Assembly (NCBI GenBank): GCA_964616645.1
Contig: CAZTUM010000018.1
Coordinates: forward strand, 1-14,607
Length of the DNA: 14,607 bases
Reading direction: 5' to 3'
DNA from: an uncultured Muribaculaceae bacterium
GTDB taxonomy: Bacteria; Bacillota_I; Bacilli_A; RF39; UBA660
Shown: positions 5,551 through 14,506 of the stretch, piece by piece
How positions within the stretch are numbered: position 1 is the stretch's first letter
Layout: each line of letters begins with the position of its first letter
Notes under the pieces: model-generated
Seen by the model: the letters and a program-made list of their open reading frames with translations, nothing else
Told to the model about the DNA's origin: nothing
Database searches by the model: none
Program-made: the position numbers and the translations under genes

Positions 5551-6309
5551 ATGAGTTCTATTAAGATTGATAACATGAATATAAATTATTTAAGATATGG
5601 TAAGGGTTCTATAACGATGGTTTTATTGCATGGTTGGGGTCAAAATATTAAGATGATGATGCCTATTGGAAATGCTTTTAAGAGTATGTTTGATATAGTT
5701 ATTATTGATTTACCAGGATTTGGAGATAGTGATGAACCTAAGGAGGTACTTAGTATATCTTCATATGCAGATATAGTTAATAAGGTTATTAATAGTTTAG
5801 GTATTTCTTCTGTTATTTTAATTGGACATTCTTTTGGAGGTAGAGTAGCTATTTCATATGCTAGTAAGTATAAGGTTAGGAAGTTGATACTTTTATCTAG
5901 TCCTTTTGAGAAGAGAATTAAGAAGAAGAGTTTTAAACAAAAATTGCTTATGGTTTTAAAAAAGGTTCCTTTATTAAATAAATTAGAACCTTGGGCTAAG
6001 AATCATTTAGGTTCTAGTGATTATAAGAATGCTTCTTTTATGATGAAGAAGATACTTGTAAATACTGTTAATACTGATTTAACTGATGAAGCATCTAAGA
6101 TTTTAGTACCCACTTTGATTATTCAAGGGGACTGTGATTCTGCAGTTTCTTTAGAAGAAGCTAAGAGGTTAAATGATATAATTAAAGATAGTGGACTTGT
6201 TGTTTATAATAATAAGAGTCATTATGCTTATTTAGAGGATTTAAATAAGACTATTAGTGTTTTAGATAAATTTTTATATAAAGAAAGTAGGGAAGATAAT
6301 GAAAATTAA
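5551..6309 (+). CDS. Alpha/beta-fold hydrolase
   Basis: HGWGQ oxyanion-region motif and GHSFGG nucleophile elbow (GxSxG). The C-terminus contains D...H. AAGGTGAGAAG RBS. Confidence 0.8.
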   Translation: MSSIKIDNMNINYLRYGKGSITMVLLHGWGQNIKMMMPIGNAFKSMFDIVIIDLPGFGDSDEPKEVLSISSYADIVNKVINSLGISSVILIGHSFGGRVAISYASKYKVRKLILLSSPFEKRIKKKSFKQKLLMVLKKVPLLNKLEPWAKNHLGSSDYKNASFMMKKILVNTVNTDLTDEASKILVPTLIIQGDCDSAVSLEEAKRLNDIIKDSGLVVYNNKSHYAYLEDLNKTISVLDKFLYKESREDNEN

Positions 6310-7471
6310 AGTTGGTTTTATATATGGAGGGAATAGTGTAGAACACGAGATATCTGTTATATCTGCTGTTCAAGCTATGGAATATTTAGATGATGATAAG
6401 TATGAGGTAGTTCCTATTTATATTACACATGATAGGAAAATGTATACTGGAGGTATGCTTACTGATATAGAAAGTTATAAAGATTTTAGTTTGATTAAGA
6501 AGTATGGTAAGAGAATTAATTTAATAAATAAAGATGGTAGGATAATTTTACAAGGTGGTAGAATATTTAAAAGAGAGATAAATTATATAGATATTGCTTT
6601 TCCTATTGTTCATGGTAGTGGTTGTGAAGATGGTAGTATTGCTGGTTATTTAGAAACTTTAGGTATTCCTTATGTAGGTAGTAAGGTATGTTCTTCTGCA
6701 GTAGGTCAAGATAAAGTATTCCAAAAACAAATATTTTCATGCAATGATATACCTGTTGTTAATTATACTTGGTTTTTTGATAATGAATATGATAGTGATA
6801 GAGAGGGTGTTATTAATAAGATAAACAACTTATCATATCCTCTTATAGTTAAACCCGCGAATTTAGGTAGTAGTATTGGTATTAGTTATGTAGAGAATAA
6901 AGATATGCTTTCTAAGGCTATAGAAGAAGCTATATCTTATGATAGTAAGATACTTGTTGAAGAGGTTGTTAGTAATCTTTGTGAAGTTAATCAATCTGTC
7001 TTGGGTACTACTAGTAAATGTATGACTTCTTTGATTGAAGAGGTTATTAAGGAAGATGATATTTTATCATATAAGGATAAATATTTAAGTAATGGTAAAT
7101 TATCTGGTAGTAAAGGAATGGCATCTACTAGAAGGATAATGCCCGCTAGAATTAGTGATAAGTTATCTAGTGAGATAGATGATATATCTAAAAGAGTATT
7201 TAAATGTCTTAATAACAGTGGGGTAGTTAGAATAGATTATTTAATAGATAATAAGAGTAAGAAAGTATATGTAAATGAAATTAATACTATTCCAGGTTCG
7301 CTCTCATATTATTTATGGGAAGGTAAGAATATAAGTTATTATGAGCTTTTAGATATGCTTATTACTAATGAAATAAAAGATTATAAGAAAAAAATGAAAA
7401 AGATGTCTTCTTTTAAAACTAATATATTGAGTAATTATGGTATGTATGGTACTAAAGGAATTAAGAAATAA
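6299..7471 (+). CDS. ddl: D-alanine--D-alanine ligase
   Basis: KVGFIYGGNSVEHEISVISA N-terminus, the ATP-grasp region LIVKPANLGSSIGIS, and C-terminal VNEINTIPG. Confidence 0.93.
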   Translation: MKIKVGFIYGGNSVEHEISVISAVQAMEYLDDDKYEVVPIYITHDRKMYTGGMLTDIESYKDFSLIKKYGKRINLINKDGRIILQGGRIFKREINYIDIAFPIVHGSGCEDGSIAGYLETLGIPYVGSKVCSSAVGQDKVFQKQIFSCNDIPVVNYTWFFDNEYDSDREGVINKINNLSYPLIVKPANLGSSIGISYVENKDMLSKAIEEAISYDSKILVEEVVSNLCEVNQSVLGTTSKCMTSLIEEVIKEDDILSYKDKYLSNGKLSGSKGMASTRRIMPARISDKLSSEIDDISKRVFKCLNNSGVVRIDYLIDNKSKKVYVNEINTIPGSLSYYLWEGKNISYYELLDMLITNEIKDYKKKMKKMSSFKTNILSNYGMYGTKGIKK

Positions 7472-8019
7472 TGTATGAATATATAAGTGGTAAGGTTACT
7501 TTAGTTAAGAGTAATTATATAGTTCTTGATAATAATAATATTGGTTATGCTATATATGTTGCTAATCCATATTCATATCATATTGATAATGAATATAAAG
7601 TATATATATATACTCAAATAAAAGAAGATGAACATCTGTTATATGGTTTTAGTAAAGAAGAAGAAAAAGAATTATTTTTAAGTCTTATAAACGTAAAGGG
7701 TTTAGGCCCTAAGTTAGCTATGGTTATATTGTCTCATGGTGATATTTCTTATGTAAAAGAAGCAATAGAGAAAGAAGATATATCTTATTTAAAGAAATTT
7801 CCTAAAGTTGGAGATAAAGTAGCTAGACAGATTATACTTGATTTAAAAGGGAAATTAGCAAAAGGGGATACTAGGTATGATGAACAACAAGAGTTGATTT
7901 CTGTTTTAGAGAATTTAGGCTATAAAACTGTAGACATTAAGAGGGTACTTCCTAATATAAGTAAGAATATAACAATAGAACAACAAATAAAAGAAGCTCT
8001 TAAGTTAATGATAAAATAA
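7471..8019 (+). CDS. ruvA: Holliday junction branch-migration complex subunit RuvA
   Basis: MYEYISGKV...NNIGYAIYV...LLYGF...EKELFLSLINVKGLGPKLAMVIL, followed by HhH motifs and a C-terminal domain III-like tail. Confidence 0.9.
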   Translation: MYEYISGKVTLVKSNYIVLDNNNIGYAIYVANPYSYHIDNEYKVYIYTQIKEDEHLLYGFSKEEEKELFLSLINVKGLGPKLAMVILSHGDISYVKEAIEKEDISYLKKFPKVGDKVARQIILDLKGKLAKGDTRYDEQQELISVLENLGYKTVDIKRVLPNISKNITIEQQIKEALKLMIK

Positions 8020-8102
8020 TAGGAAGAATATATAATATTAATATTGATAATGTTTTTTTGTGGTTAAAATGTATAATATTATTGAAAAAATGTCAAAATT
8101 AC

Positions 8103-8131
8103 TTGAAAAAAATAGTATTTCATTGTAATAT
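8103..8131 (+). promoter_or_regulatory. Candidate promoter for the thioredoxin-like gene
   Basis: TTGAAA (8103-8108), a 17-nt spacer, then TAATAT (8126-8131). An AGGAGGAAG RBS follows. Confidence 0.45.
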
Positions 8132-8151
8132 ATTTTTTAGGAGGAAGTAAA

Positions 8152-8643
8152 ATGAAGAAGAAAGATATAGTTTTAATTGGAGTTGTTGCTGTTATATTAA
8201 TAGGAGGAATATTATTAGGAGGTAGTAATAATACTAGTGAAGATGATATTGCTATGTGGACTCAGTTACTTGATGATACTATTTTATCTGAAGGAATTAA
8301 TGATATGAGTTATGATTATTATAAAGCATTTTATAATATGGGTGAAGGTAAGCAAATAATATATATTGGTAGTAGTTCTTGTTCTTGGTGTTCAAAGTTT
8401 AGTCCAGTATTAGAAGAAATTGGTGATGAATACGGAACACGTATTATTTATATTAACGTAGCTAATTTAACTCAAAGTGAATATAATGCACTTAAAACTT
8501 CAACGGATAATAATTTTTCAGGTGGTACACCTACTACATTGATTATGGAAAATGGTGAAGTTATTGATAAGTTGGGTGGTTATGTTGAAAAAGAAAAAGC
8601 TGTAGAGTTTTTTAGAGCAAATGGTGTATTAGATGGAGAATAG
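8152..8643 (+). CDS. Membrane-anchored thioredoxin-fold protein
   Basis: N-terminal TM segment IVLIGVVAVILIGGILLGG. CSWC (CxxC) active site within ...IIYIGSSSCSWCSKFSP..., and a cis-Pro-like GTPT motif downstream. Confidence 0.75.
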   Translation: MKKKDIVLIGVVAVILIGGILLGGSNNTSEDDIAMWTQLLDDTILSEGINDMSYDYYKAFYNMGEGKQIIYIGSSSCSWCSKFSPVLEEIGDEYGTRIIYINVANLTQSEYNALKTSTDNNFSGGTPTTLIMENGEVIDKLGGYVEKEKAVEFFRANGVLDGE

Positions 8644-9100
8644 GGTATTTAAAAGATTAGGAGAGACATATCCTCATTTGATTGAGTTTAAGAGGCGTTA
8701 TCCTTCTACTGTAGCGTGGAGATTGAAACGCCATGCTAGGGTTATTGATACGCATTTAAATGATGATGAAAAGATTGTTTATGCGTTTGCGGCTCAAAAA
8801 AATGAAAGTATGTTTGATTTTGTAAATACATATGCAGTGGTTCTTACTACTAAGAGATTAATGTTAGGAACTAAAAGATTAGTATCAGGATATTTCTTTA
8901 CCGCGGTAACTCCTGATATGTTTAATGATTTAACAGTTAAAGGACATATTTTTTGGGGAGATATCCAAATAGATACTGTTAAAGAGTTTATTACTTTGTC
9001 TAATATAAGTAAAAAAGCCTTACCTGAGATAAGTAAGAAGATTACTGGATTGATGATGAAGGAGAAAAAAAAGTATCATATTAATAAAGGTGCAAAATAG
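8633..9100 (+). CDS. Hypothetical protein, bacterial PH-domain-like (YokE-like)
   Basis: LNDDEKIVYAFAAQKN....YAVVLTTKRLMLG...DLTVKGHIFWGDIQIDT fits the bPH pattern (gE.i......vlTnkRl......i.i). This is a weak call made by eye. Confidence 0.4.
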   Translation: MENRVFKRLGETYPHLIEFKRRYPSTVAWRLKRHARVIDTHLNDDEKIVYAFAAQKNESMFDFVNTYAVVLTTKRLMLGTKRLVSGYFFTAVTPDMFNDLTVKGHIFWGDIQIDTVKEFITLSNISKKALPEISKKITGLMMKEKKKYHINKGAK

Positions 9101-9111
9101 GCACCTTTTTA
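9086..9111 (+). terminator. Rho-independent terminator
   Basis: AAAGGTGC (9086-9093) pairs with GCACCTTT (9101-9108), with a 7-nt loop that contains the TAG stop. A T-run follows through 9110. Confidence 0.75.
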
Positions 9112-9147
9112 TTATATATACATACTCTATTGTAGAGGTGATAAAGA

Positions 9148-9369
9148 ATGTACGAGATATATAAAGTATTACCTGGTGATACTATTGTTTCTATAGCTAG
9201 TAAGTATAATATTGACCCTGCCTATATATATAAATTAAATGGCTTTAGTATTGATTATGTACCTGAAGTGGATAGTAATATTATATTACCTGCAAGAAGT
9301 AATTTAAATTATGAATATTATACGATTAAAAAAGGTGATACGCTTTTTATGGGGAATAATGAGTATTAA
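9148..9369 (+). CDS. LysM-domain protein, apparently truncated within its second LysM repeat
   Basis: The first LysM is YKVLPGDTIVSIASKYNIDPAYIYKLNG. The second starts YYTIKKGDTLF, then diverges (MGNNEY) and stops. There is no signal peptide or catalytic domain. Confidence 0.65.
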   Translation: MYEIYKVLPGDTIVSIASKYNIDPAYIYKLNGFSIDYVPEVDSNIILPARSNLNYEYYTIKKGDTLFMGNNEY

Positions 9370-9426
9370 ATTAAATTAAATTTTATATATAAAATAAGGT
9401 TAAGTTGGGAAAAACTCAGCTTTTTA

Positions 9427-9435
9427 TGGTATAAT
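9427..9435 (+). promoter_or_regulatory. Extended -10 promoter element upstream of the UPF0158-like gene
   Basis: TGgTATAAT (TATAAT at 9430-9435). GAAAGGAG RBS and ATG 9473 lie downstream. Confidence 0.4.
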
Positions 9436-9472
9436 TTAATTATCAAGAACTTTTGAAAGGAGTACGATTTTT

Positions 9473-9877
9473 ATGAAAGTAAAATTAAGTGAAGTAATTG
9501 ATGCTCTAGACTTTACAAACGATGAAATTGAATACTATTATAATCCAACTAATGGAGAAATATTTATGTCAAATATTGGTGATTATGAAAACTTAAATGA
9601 AGATGAATTGGATGAACTATTTGAAAAATCTATTATGTTACCCACTAGATATGATATTAATGAATATGAAATGATGGAAGATTTTGTAGAAACTATTGAA
9701 GATATTAGACTTCAAAATCAATTATATATTTCTCTAAATGGTAGTGGTGCGTTTAGAAGGTTTAAAGATACTTGCATTAATTTTGATATTATTAACGATT
9801 GGTATAAATTTAGAGATGAAAAATATAAAGAAATTGCTATAAATTGGTGCAAAGAGAATAATATCAAATTTGAATAG
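9473..9877 (+). CDS. UPF0158-like small acidic protein
   Basis: 134 aa. N-terminal ...IDALDF.NDE.EYYYNPTNGEIF and NGSGAFRRFKD....I...WYKFRDE...IA..WC.EN.I match my recollection of the UPF0158 family. Confidence 0.55.
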   Translation: MKVKLSEVIDALDFTNDEIEYYYNPTNGEIFMSNIGDYENLNEDELDELFEKSIMLPTRYDINEYEMMEDFVETIEDIRLQNQLYISLNGSGAFRRFKDTCINFDIINDWYKFRDEKYKEIAINWCKENNIKFE

Positions 9878-9887
9878 GAGATAAATT

Positions 9888-11444
9888 ATGAAGAAGTTTT
9901 TAAGAAATTATGATTTTGAAGATTATTTTGATTCACTTATACTATCTCGTGGAAAAAGTTACTATAAAGAAAATAGAATATTAGATATTTGGTGTCAAAA
10001 TGATTTAATAACTGCTTATATTGATGGCTCTGAAATATATAGAATTGAAATAAGAGCAAATGATAAAGAATTGAATAATTTTTATTGCTCTTGCCCATAT
10101 TCAGAAGGTGGTGAATATATGTGTAAACATATTGCTGCTGTTCTTTATTATTTAGAAGAAAATGATATTCCAGAATTAGAAATTTCAAATAGAAAGCAAG
10201 TAAAAAAAGAAAAAGACAAATCCGAGCTTTCTAAAATATATGATGAAATGAATTATGAACTAAGAAAAATAAGTGATAGAAATGGTTTTGTTAATTATTA
10301 TAATGGAAGATACTTTGTAGATTTAATTTCTAATGTATCTGATTACATAGATGATTTTATAGATAATGAAGAATATAACAATGCTTTTGAACTAATCAAA
10401 TATACATATAGATTTATAAAGGATACTTTTATTGACGGATCTAATGGTGAATTTCAAGATTCATTATATTTAATTAATGAAAGTGCAAGTAAACTTTTAT
10501 ATAATGATGAATATTTTGATATCTTCTTAGATTATACTGAAGATATAACATCAAATAATACCCTAGATGATTTTTCTGATTCACCATTACATGCATTTAT
10601 CCTTTATGTTCATGATAAAGATTCAGCTAAAAAAGTTGTTAAAATACTAGATGAAATTGAGTTGAACACTTATGGAATATTTGTTAGTCAAACTTTAGAT
10701 AAAATATCATTAACTTATGATTTCATTGATAAAGATGATGCTATAAAAATGTGCTATGAAAGTATTGAACATTATGGAGTAAAAGAATTATTAATTAAGT
10801 ATTTAAAAAATGATAATAAAATAGACGAAGTAATACGAATATTAAAAAATGATATTAAAAATCATGTAAGAAAAGATATGGCTTATAACAAATTACTAGA
10901 TATTTATGATGAATATGGTAAATTAGAAGAAAAGAAAAAGATACTGCCGGAAGTTATAATAGAAACAAATAGTTTTGCAAGATATAAGGAACTAAAAGAT
11001 ATGTATAGTGATTCTGAATGGGAGTCTATAAAAGAAAAAATAATATCTAAAATAAAATCAAATAATATTTATATGCTTGAAGAAATTTATGCTGAAGAAA
11101 ATGAAATTGATAAATTATTTGAACTATTAAAGAAAAATCCTAATATATCCGACTTGGCAAAATATCAAGATAAATTAAAGGATAAATATAGTAAGGAACT
11201 ATTAAATTTTTACAAAAATCAAATAATTGAGTTATCAAAAAGAGTATCGGATAGAAATTCTTATTATGGATTATGTCGTTATATTGGAATAATGAAAGAA
11301 CTTGCTGATTCTGATGATTTTATCTTTGATATGTTAAAGGAAATGTATCCTAATTATAAGAGTAGAAGAGCATTTAAAGAAGAAATAATGAATGTTTTAA
11401 ATTCTAAAAATAAACAAAGATTTCATGAGTTTATAAATAACTAG
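9888..11444 (+). CDS. SWIM zinc-finger domain protein with a long helical-repeat C-terminal region
   Basis: CSCPYSEGGEYMCKHIAAVLYYL is a CxCx(n)CxH SWIM motif, preceded by the usual beta-rich N-terminus (RGKSYYKENRI...). AGGAG RBS. Confidence 0.8.
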   Translation: MKKFLRNYDFEDYFDSLILSRGKSYYKENRILDIWCQNDLITAYIDGSEIYRIEIRANDKELNNFYCSCPYSEGGEYMCKHIAAVLYYLEENDIPELEISNRKQVKKEKDKSELSKIYDEMNYELRKISDRNGFVNYYNGRYFVDLISNVSDYIDDFIDNEEYNNAFELIKYTYRFIKDTFIDGSNGEFQDSLYLINESASKLLYNDEYFDIFLDYTEDITSNNTLDDFSDSPLHAFILYVHDKDSAKKVVKILDEIELNTYGIFVSQTLDKISLTYDFIDKDDAIKMCYESIEHYGVKELLIKYLKNDNKIDEVIRILKNDIKNHVRKDMAYNKLLDIYDEYGKLEEKKKILPEVIIETNSFARYKELKDMYSDSEWESIKEKIISKIKSNNIYMLEEIYAEENEIDKLFELLKKNPNISDLAKYQDKLKDKYSKELLNFYKNQIIELSKRVSDRNSYYGLCRYIGIMKELADSDDFIFDMLKEMYPNYKSRRAFKEEIMNVLNSKNKQRFHEFINN

Positions 11445-11459
11445 AAAGATGGTGATAGA

Positions 11460-12437
11460 TTGAAAAACAATATGATTATATATGTATCAAAAGATGGTAA
11501 TATAAAAGTTGATGTTAATATTCAAAATGAAGATATATGGATGAGTCAAGATGTAATGGCTAATCTTTATGATACTACTAAAAATAATATTTCTATGCAC
11601 TTAAAAAATATCTTTGATGAAGGTGAACTCCAAAAAGATTCAGTTGTTAAGAAATTCTTAACAACTGCAAATGATGGTAAGAAATATAATGTTTTACATT
11701 ATAATTTAGATGCAATTATTGCTGTTGGATATAGAATTAATTCTAAAAAAGCAACTGAATTTAGAATATGGTCAACTAAAGTTTTAAAAGAATATATGAT
11801 TAAAGGATTTGCTTTAAATGATGAAAGATTAAAGAATAATGGAGAAAGTCCATATTTTGAAGAGTTGCTTGCTAGAATTCGTGATATTAGGTCTTCTGAA
11901 AAAATATTTTGGAGAAAAGTGTTGGATATTTATGCAACTTCAATTGATTATGATCCAAAAAATAGATTATCAATTGATTTCTTTAAAACAGTACAAAATA
12001 AAATGCATTATGCTACTCATGGACATACTGCAGCTGAAATCATATTTACTAGAGTAGATTCTGAAAAAGATCATTTAGGACTTACTAATTTTAAAGGTAA
12101 TTATCCAACAAAGAGTGAAACTGAAATTGCTAAAAATTATTTAACTGAAGAAGAACTTAATACCTTAAATAGAATTGTATCTGCCTATTTAGATGTTGCT
12201 GAAATTAATGCTTTAGATAGGCATCCAATGACTATGCAAGATTGGGTGAATGAATTAGATTCATTTCTAAAAATGACTAGGAAGGATATATTAAATGGCT
12301 CAGGTACGATATCACACAAAGAAGCATTAGAAAAAGCACATAAAGAATATGATAAATATATGCAAAAACATTTAACTACTGCTGAACAAGATTATTTGGA
12401 AATGTTAAATAAAGAAGTTGAAGAAATTGATAAATAA
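11460..12437 (+). CDS. RhuM-family protein
   Basis: ...WMSQDVMANLYDTTKNNISMHLKNIFDEGEL....VVKKFLTTANDGKKYNVLHYNLDAIIAVGYRINSKKATEFRIWSTKVLKEYMIKGF..NDERLK is the characteristic RhuM N-terminal half. The start is TTG 11460 (GGTGA upstream); ATG 11472 is the alternative. Confidence 0.8.
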   Translation: MKNNMIIYVSKDGNIKVDVNIQNEDIWMSQDVMANLYDTTKNNISMHLKNIFDEGELQKDSVVKKFLTTANDGKKYNVLHYNLDAIIAVGYRINSKKATEFRIWSTKVLKEYMIKGFALNDERLKNNGESPYFEELLARIRDIRSSEKIFWRKVLDIYATSIDYDPKNRLSIDFFKTVQNKMHYATHGHTAAEIIFTRVDSEKDHLGLTNFKGNYPTKSETEIAKNYLTEEELNTLNRIVSAYLDVAEINALDRHPMTMQDWVNELDSFLKMTRKDILNGSGTISHKEALEKAHKEYDKYMQKHLTTAEQDYLEMLNKEVEEIDK

Positions 12438-12533
12438 TTGATTATGATTTACCAGGATAAACGCATGAGATTACAATTACTAAATTCTCAATAAAATAAG
12501 GGGTTAAATATTTAATGTTAAAGATTATATGAA

Positions 12534-12598
12534 GAGCCGTATGCGAGAAATTCGCACGTACGGTTCTGTGAGGGGCGACAGACTTCCTCTCACTAGAT
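12534..12598 (+). mobile_element. Group II intron domain V plus domain VI-like hairpin (orphan 3' fragment; no intron ORF or 5' domains nearby)
   Basis: GAGCCGTATGCGAGAAATTCGCACGTACGGTTC (12534-12566) matches the domain V consensus: the AGC triad, GAGCCGUAU pairing with GUACGGUUC, an AC bulge and a GAAA-type loop. Next comes an 8-bp helix, GTGAGGGG (12568-12575) with CCTCTCAC (12586-12593), then ...AGAT (AY end near 12598). Confidence 0.65.
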
Positions 12599-12858
12599 AA
12601 GAAAGGGAGGTGTAGTCGAGTTGTCTACTCGACAGAACTATGAAAGAAAACAAAGATTTAAATACAGATTTTCAAAATAATTTGGATTATGTATTAATCA
12701 ATTTAGAAAAAGATATATTTAAAGCAAATAGTTAGAAGATAAGTTGTATTTGGAAATGTCTAAAGATGATAAACCAATAATAAAAGCAACTACACCAAAT
12801 AGTAGTAAATATGATACAAAAATAGATGCGTATATTTAAGCTCCTAAAGTCCTACATG

Positions 12859-12907
12859 AATCATCCTATAAATTTTAATAAAAAGTTTGAATTTAGGATG
12901 ATTTTTT
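12859..12907 (+). terminator. Probable intrinsic terminator
   Basis: AATCATCCTA (12859-12868) pairs with TAGGATGATT (12894-12903). The A/T-rich interior is partly paired, and a T-run follows (to 12907). Confidence 0.55.
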
Positions 12908-12957
12908 GTTAAATTATTGAAATAACAATTTAAATGCAAAAAACATCAAAAAAACGC

Positions 12958-12985
12958 ATATATTTGCTCATTTGAGCAAATATAT
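12958..12985. promoter_or_regulatory. 28-bp near-perfect palindrome (candidate operator) abutting or overlapping the -35 box
   Basis: ATATATTTGCTCA tt TGAGCAAATATAT: 13-nt arms at 12958-12970 and 12973-12985. Its last T is the first T of the TTGACA -35 hexamer. Confidence 0.6.
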
Positions 12986-13013
12986 TGACAAAAATAGCAA
13001 AATAATATATAAT
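12985..13013 (+). promoter_or_regulatory. Consensus sigma-70-type promoter for the DUF4143 ATPase gene
   Basis: TTGACA (12985-12990), exactly 17 nt, then TATAAT (13008-13013). GGTGA RBS and ATG 13031 follow. Confidence 0.7.
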
Positions 13014-13030
13014 GTTAATGGTGATTAAAA

Positions 13031-14236
13031 ATGAATATAATATATCGTGAAGAATATATAAATAAATTAATATCTTTAAAAGATAAAAAAATAATAAAAG
13101 TTTTAACTGGTATAAGACGGGCAGGTAAGTCTACAATATTACAAGATTTTAAAGAATATCTTTTAAAAAATGGTGTAGATGAAAAAAATATAATATTTAT
13201 AAATCTGGATGATAAAAATTATAGACATTTACTTGACTCAGATATATTACATGATTATATATTATCTAACGTAGATTTAGATAAAAAAAATTATATATTT
13301 TTAGATGAAATACAAAATGTCAAAGAATTTGAAAAGTGTATAAATAGTTTATTTTTAAGAGAAAATTTGGATATATATATAACTGGTTCTAATTCATATA
13401 TGTTATCTGGAGAACTTGCTACTTATTTAACTGGTAGATATATTCAAATACACGTTTTACCATTATCATTTAAAGAATACTTAAGTTATTATGGAGAAAG
13501 TGATGAATTAAAAAAATATAATGATTATGTAACCTATGGTGGATTTCCATATTTAATAAATCTTGATAATAATAAAGATAAAATGGAATATTTAGATAGT
13601 ATTTATAATACTGTAATTATGAAAGATGTTATAAATAGAAAAAAAGTTAATGACCCCATGATGTTAGAAAGTATATGTAGGTTTATATTTGATAGTATAG
13701 GCTCTAGCATATCAACAAAAAAGATAAGTGATACTTTAGCATCAAATGGAAGAAAGAATTCTGTTCATACAGTTGAAGAATACTTAAATGCACTTTTAGA
13801 AAGTTATATATTATATAAGGTTAATAGATTTGATATAAAGGGTAGAGAATTATTAAAAACTCAAGAAAAATATTATTTATCTGATGTAGGATTAAGAACT
13901 TATTTACTTGGTAATTCATCTGGTAAAGATTTAGGACATATATTTGAAAATATAATATTTTTAGAATTAAAAAGAAGAGGGTATAAAATATATATTGGTA
14001 AGGATAACGAAAATGAAGTAGATTTTGTGTGTCAAACTGAAGATGATACAATATATATACAAGTATCTTTAACCGTAAGAGATGAAAATACATTAAAAAG
14101 AGAGTTAAAATCTTTAGAAGCAATACAAGACCATTATAAAAAATATATAATAACTCTTGATTATGATACAAATAATTATAATGGAATAAAACAAATAAGT
14201 GCTATGGATTTTTTACTTGGTAAAATCGAAATATAA
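13031..14236 (+). CDS. AAA-family ATPase with a DUF4143-type C-terminal domain (COG1373-like)
   Basis: Walker A GIRRAGKST and Walker B YIFLDEIQ. The LSFKEYL motif and the C-terminal ...EVDFV... nuclease-like/DUF4143 region are typical of this family. Confidence 0.85.
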   Translation: MNIIYREEYINKLISLKDKKIIKVLTGIRRAGKSTILQDFKEYLLKNGVDEKNIIFINLDDKNYRHLLDSDILHDYILSNVDLDKKNYIFLDEIQNVKEFEKCINSLFLRENLDIYITGSNSYMLSGELATYLTGRYIQIHVLPLSFKEYLSYYGESDELKKYNDYVTYGGFPYLINLDNNKDKMEYLDSIYNTVIMKDVINRKKVNDPMMLESICRFIFDSIGSSISTKKISDTLASNGRKNSVHTVEEYLNALLESYILYKVNRFDIKGRELLKTQEKYYLSDVGLRTYLLGNSSGKDLGHIFENIIFLELKRRGYKIYIGKDNENEVDFVCQTEDDTIYIQVSLTVRDENTLKRELKSLEAIQDHYKKYIITLDYDTNNYNGIKQISAMDFLLGKIEI

Positions 14237-14263
14237 AAAGTATATAAAATTACTTTTTTTTTT
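14236..14263 (+). terminator. Weak A/T-rich hairpin plus T10 run after the ATPase gene
   Basis: AAAAGTA (14236-14242) pairs with TACTTTT (14251-14257) around an 8-nt loop. The T-run spans 14254-14263. Confidence 0.35.
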
Positions 14264-14326
14264 ATCTAAAACATTATAATATAAAGATTATTATAACCAT
14301 AGAATTAATTGGAGGTATTAAACTCT

Positions 14327-14506
14327 ATGGTTAAATACAAGGTTAATTTAAAATTTAAAGATACTGGAAAATCTTTAAATGAAATAATTACTGAAGTATT
14401 AAAAATTGAACTACAAAAGAAGATAGATATGACTTGCAATATATTGAAAAGAGAGCTACCATGTGATTATACTCATTATTCCCAAATGGAAGGGAGTAGT
14501 AATTAA
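14327..14506 (+). CDS. Small hypothetical protein preceding the recombinase (start could be TTG 14309)
   Basis: GGAGG lies upstream of ATG 14327 (MVKYKVNLKF...). The stop overlaps the recombinase ATG (TAATG). I recognise no motif. Confidence 0.4.
   Translation: MVKYKVNLKFKDTGKSLNEIITEVLKIELQKKIDMTCNILKRELPCDYTHYSQMEGSSN

Noticed and set aside
5191-8019. Synteny oddities: rpsP-ylqC is not followed by rimM-trmD, and ruvA is not followed by ruvB
   Set aside because: Gene order varies among AT-rich Firmicutes, and nothing in the junction sequences indicates a rearrangement scar. It is not informative without comparative genomes.
12640-12838. Short ORFs 12640-12735 (MKENKDLNTDFQNNLDYVLINLEKDIFKANS) and 12732-12838 (..EDKLYLEMSKDDKPIIKATTPNSSKYDTKIDAYI), which could be one frameshifted gene
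   Set aside because: I recognise no motif and there is no properly spaced RBS (GGAGG is about 27 nt upstream). The lengths are within chance expectation. This may be a decayed remnant, but I cannot support a call.
14254-14263. The T10 tract as a second phase-variation repeat
   Set aside because: It is intergenic, directly follows a small hairpin after a stop codon, and fits a terminator U-tract. T-runs are also unremarkable at this AT content, unlike the G10 tract.
14296-14328. A 7-bp inverted repeat, CCATAGA/TCTATGG, bracketing the RBS and start of the small ORF before the recombinase
   Set aside because: The stem is short, the loop is about 19 nt, and the repeat could arise by chance. Evidence is insufficient for a regulatory or att-site call.
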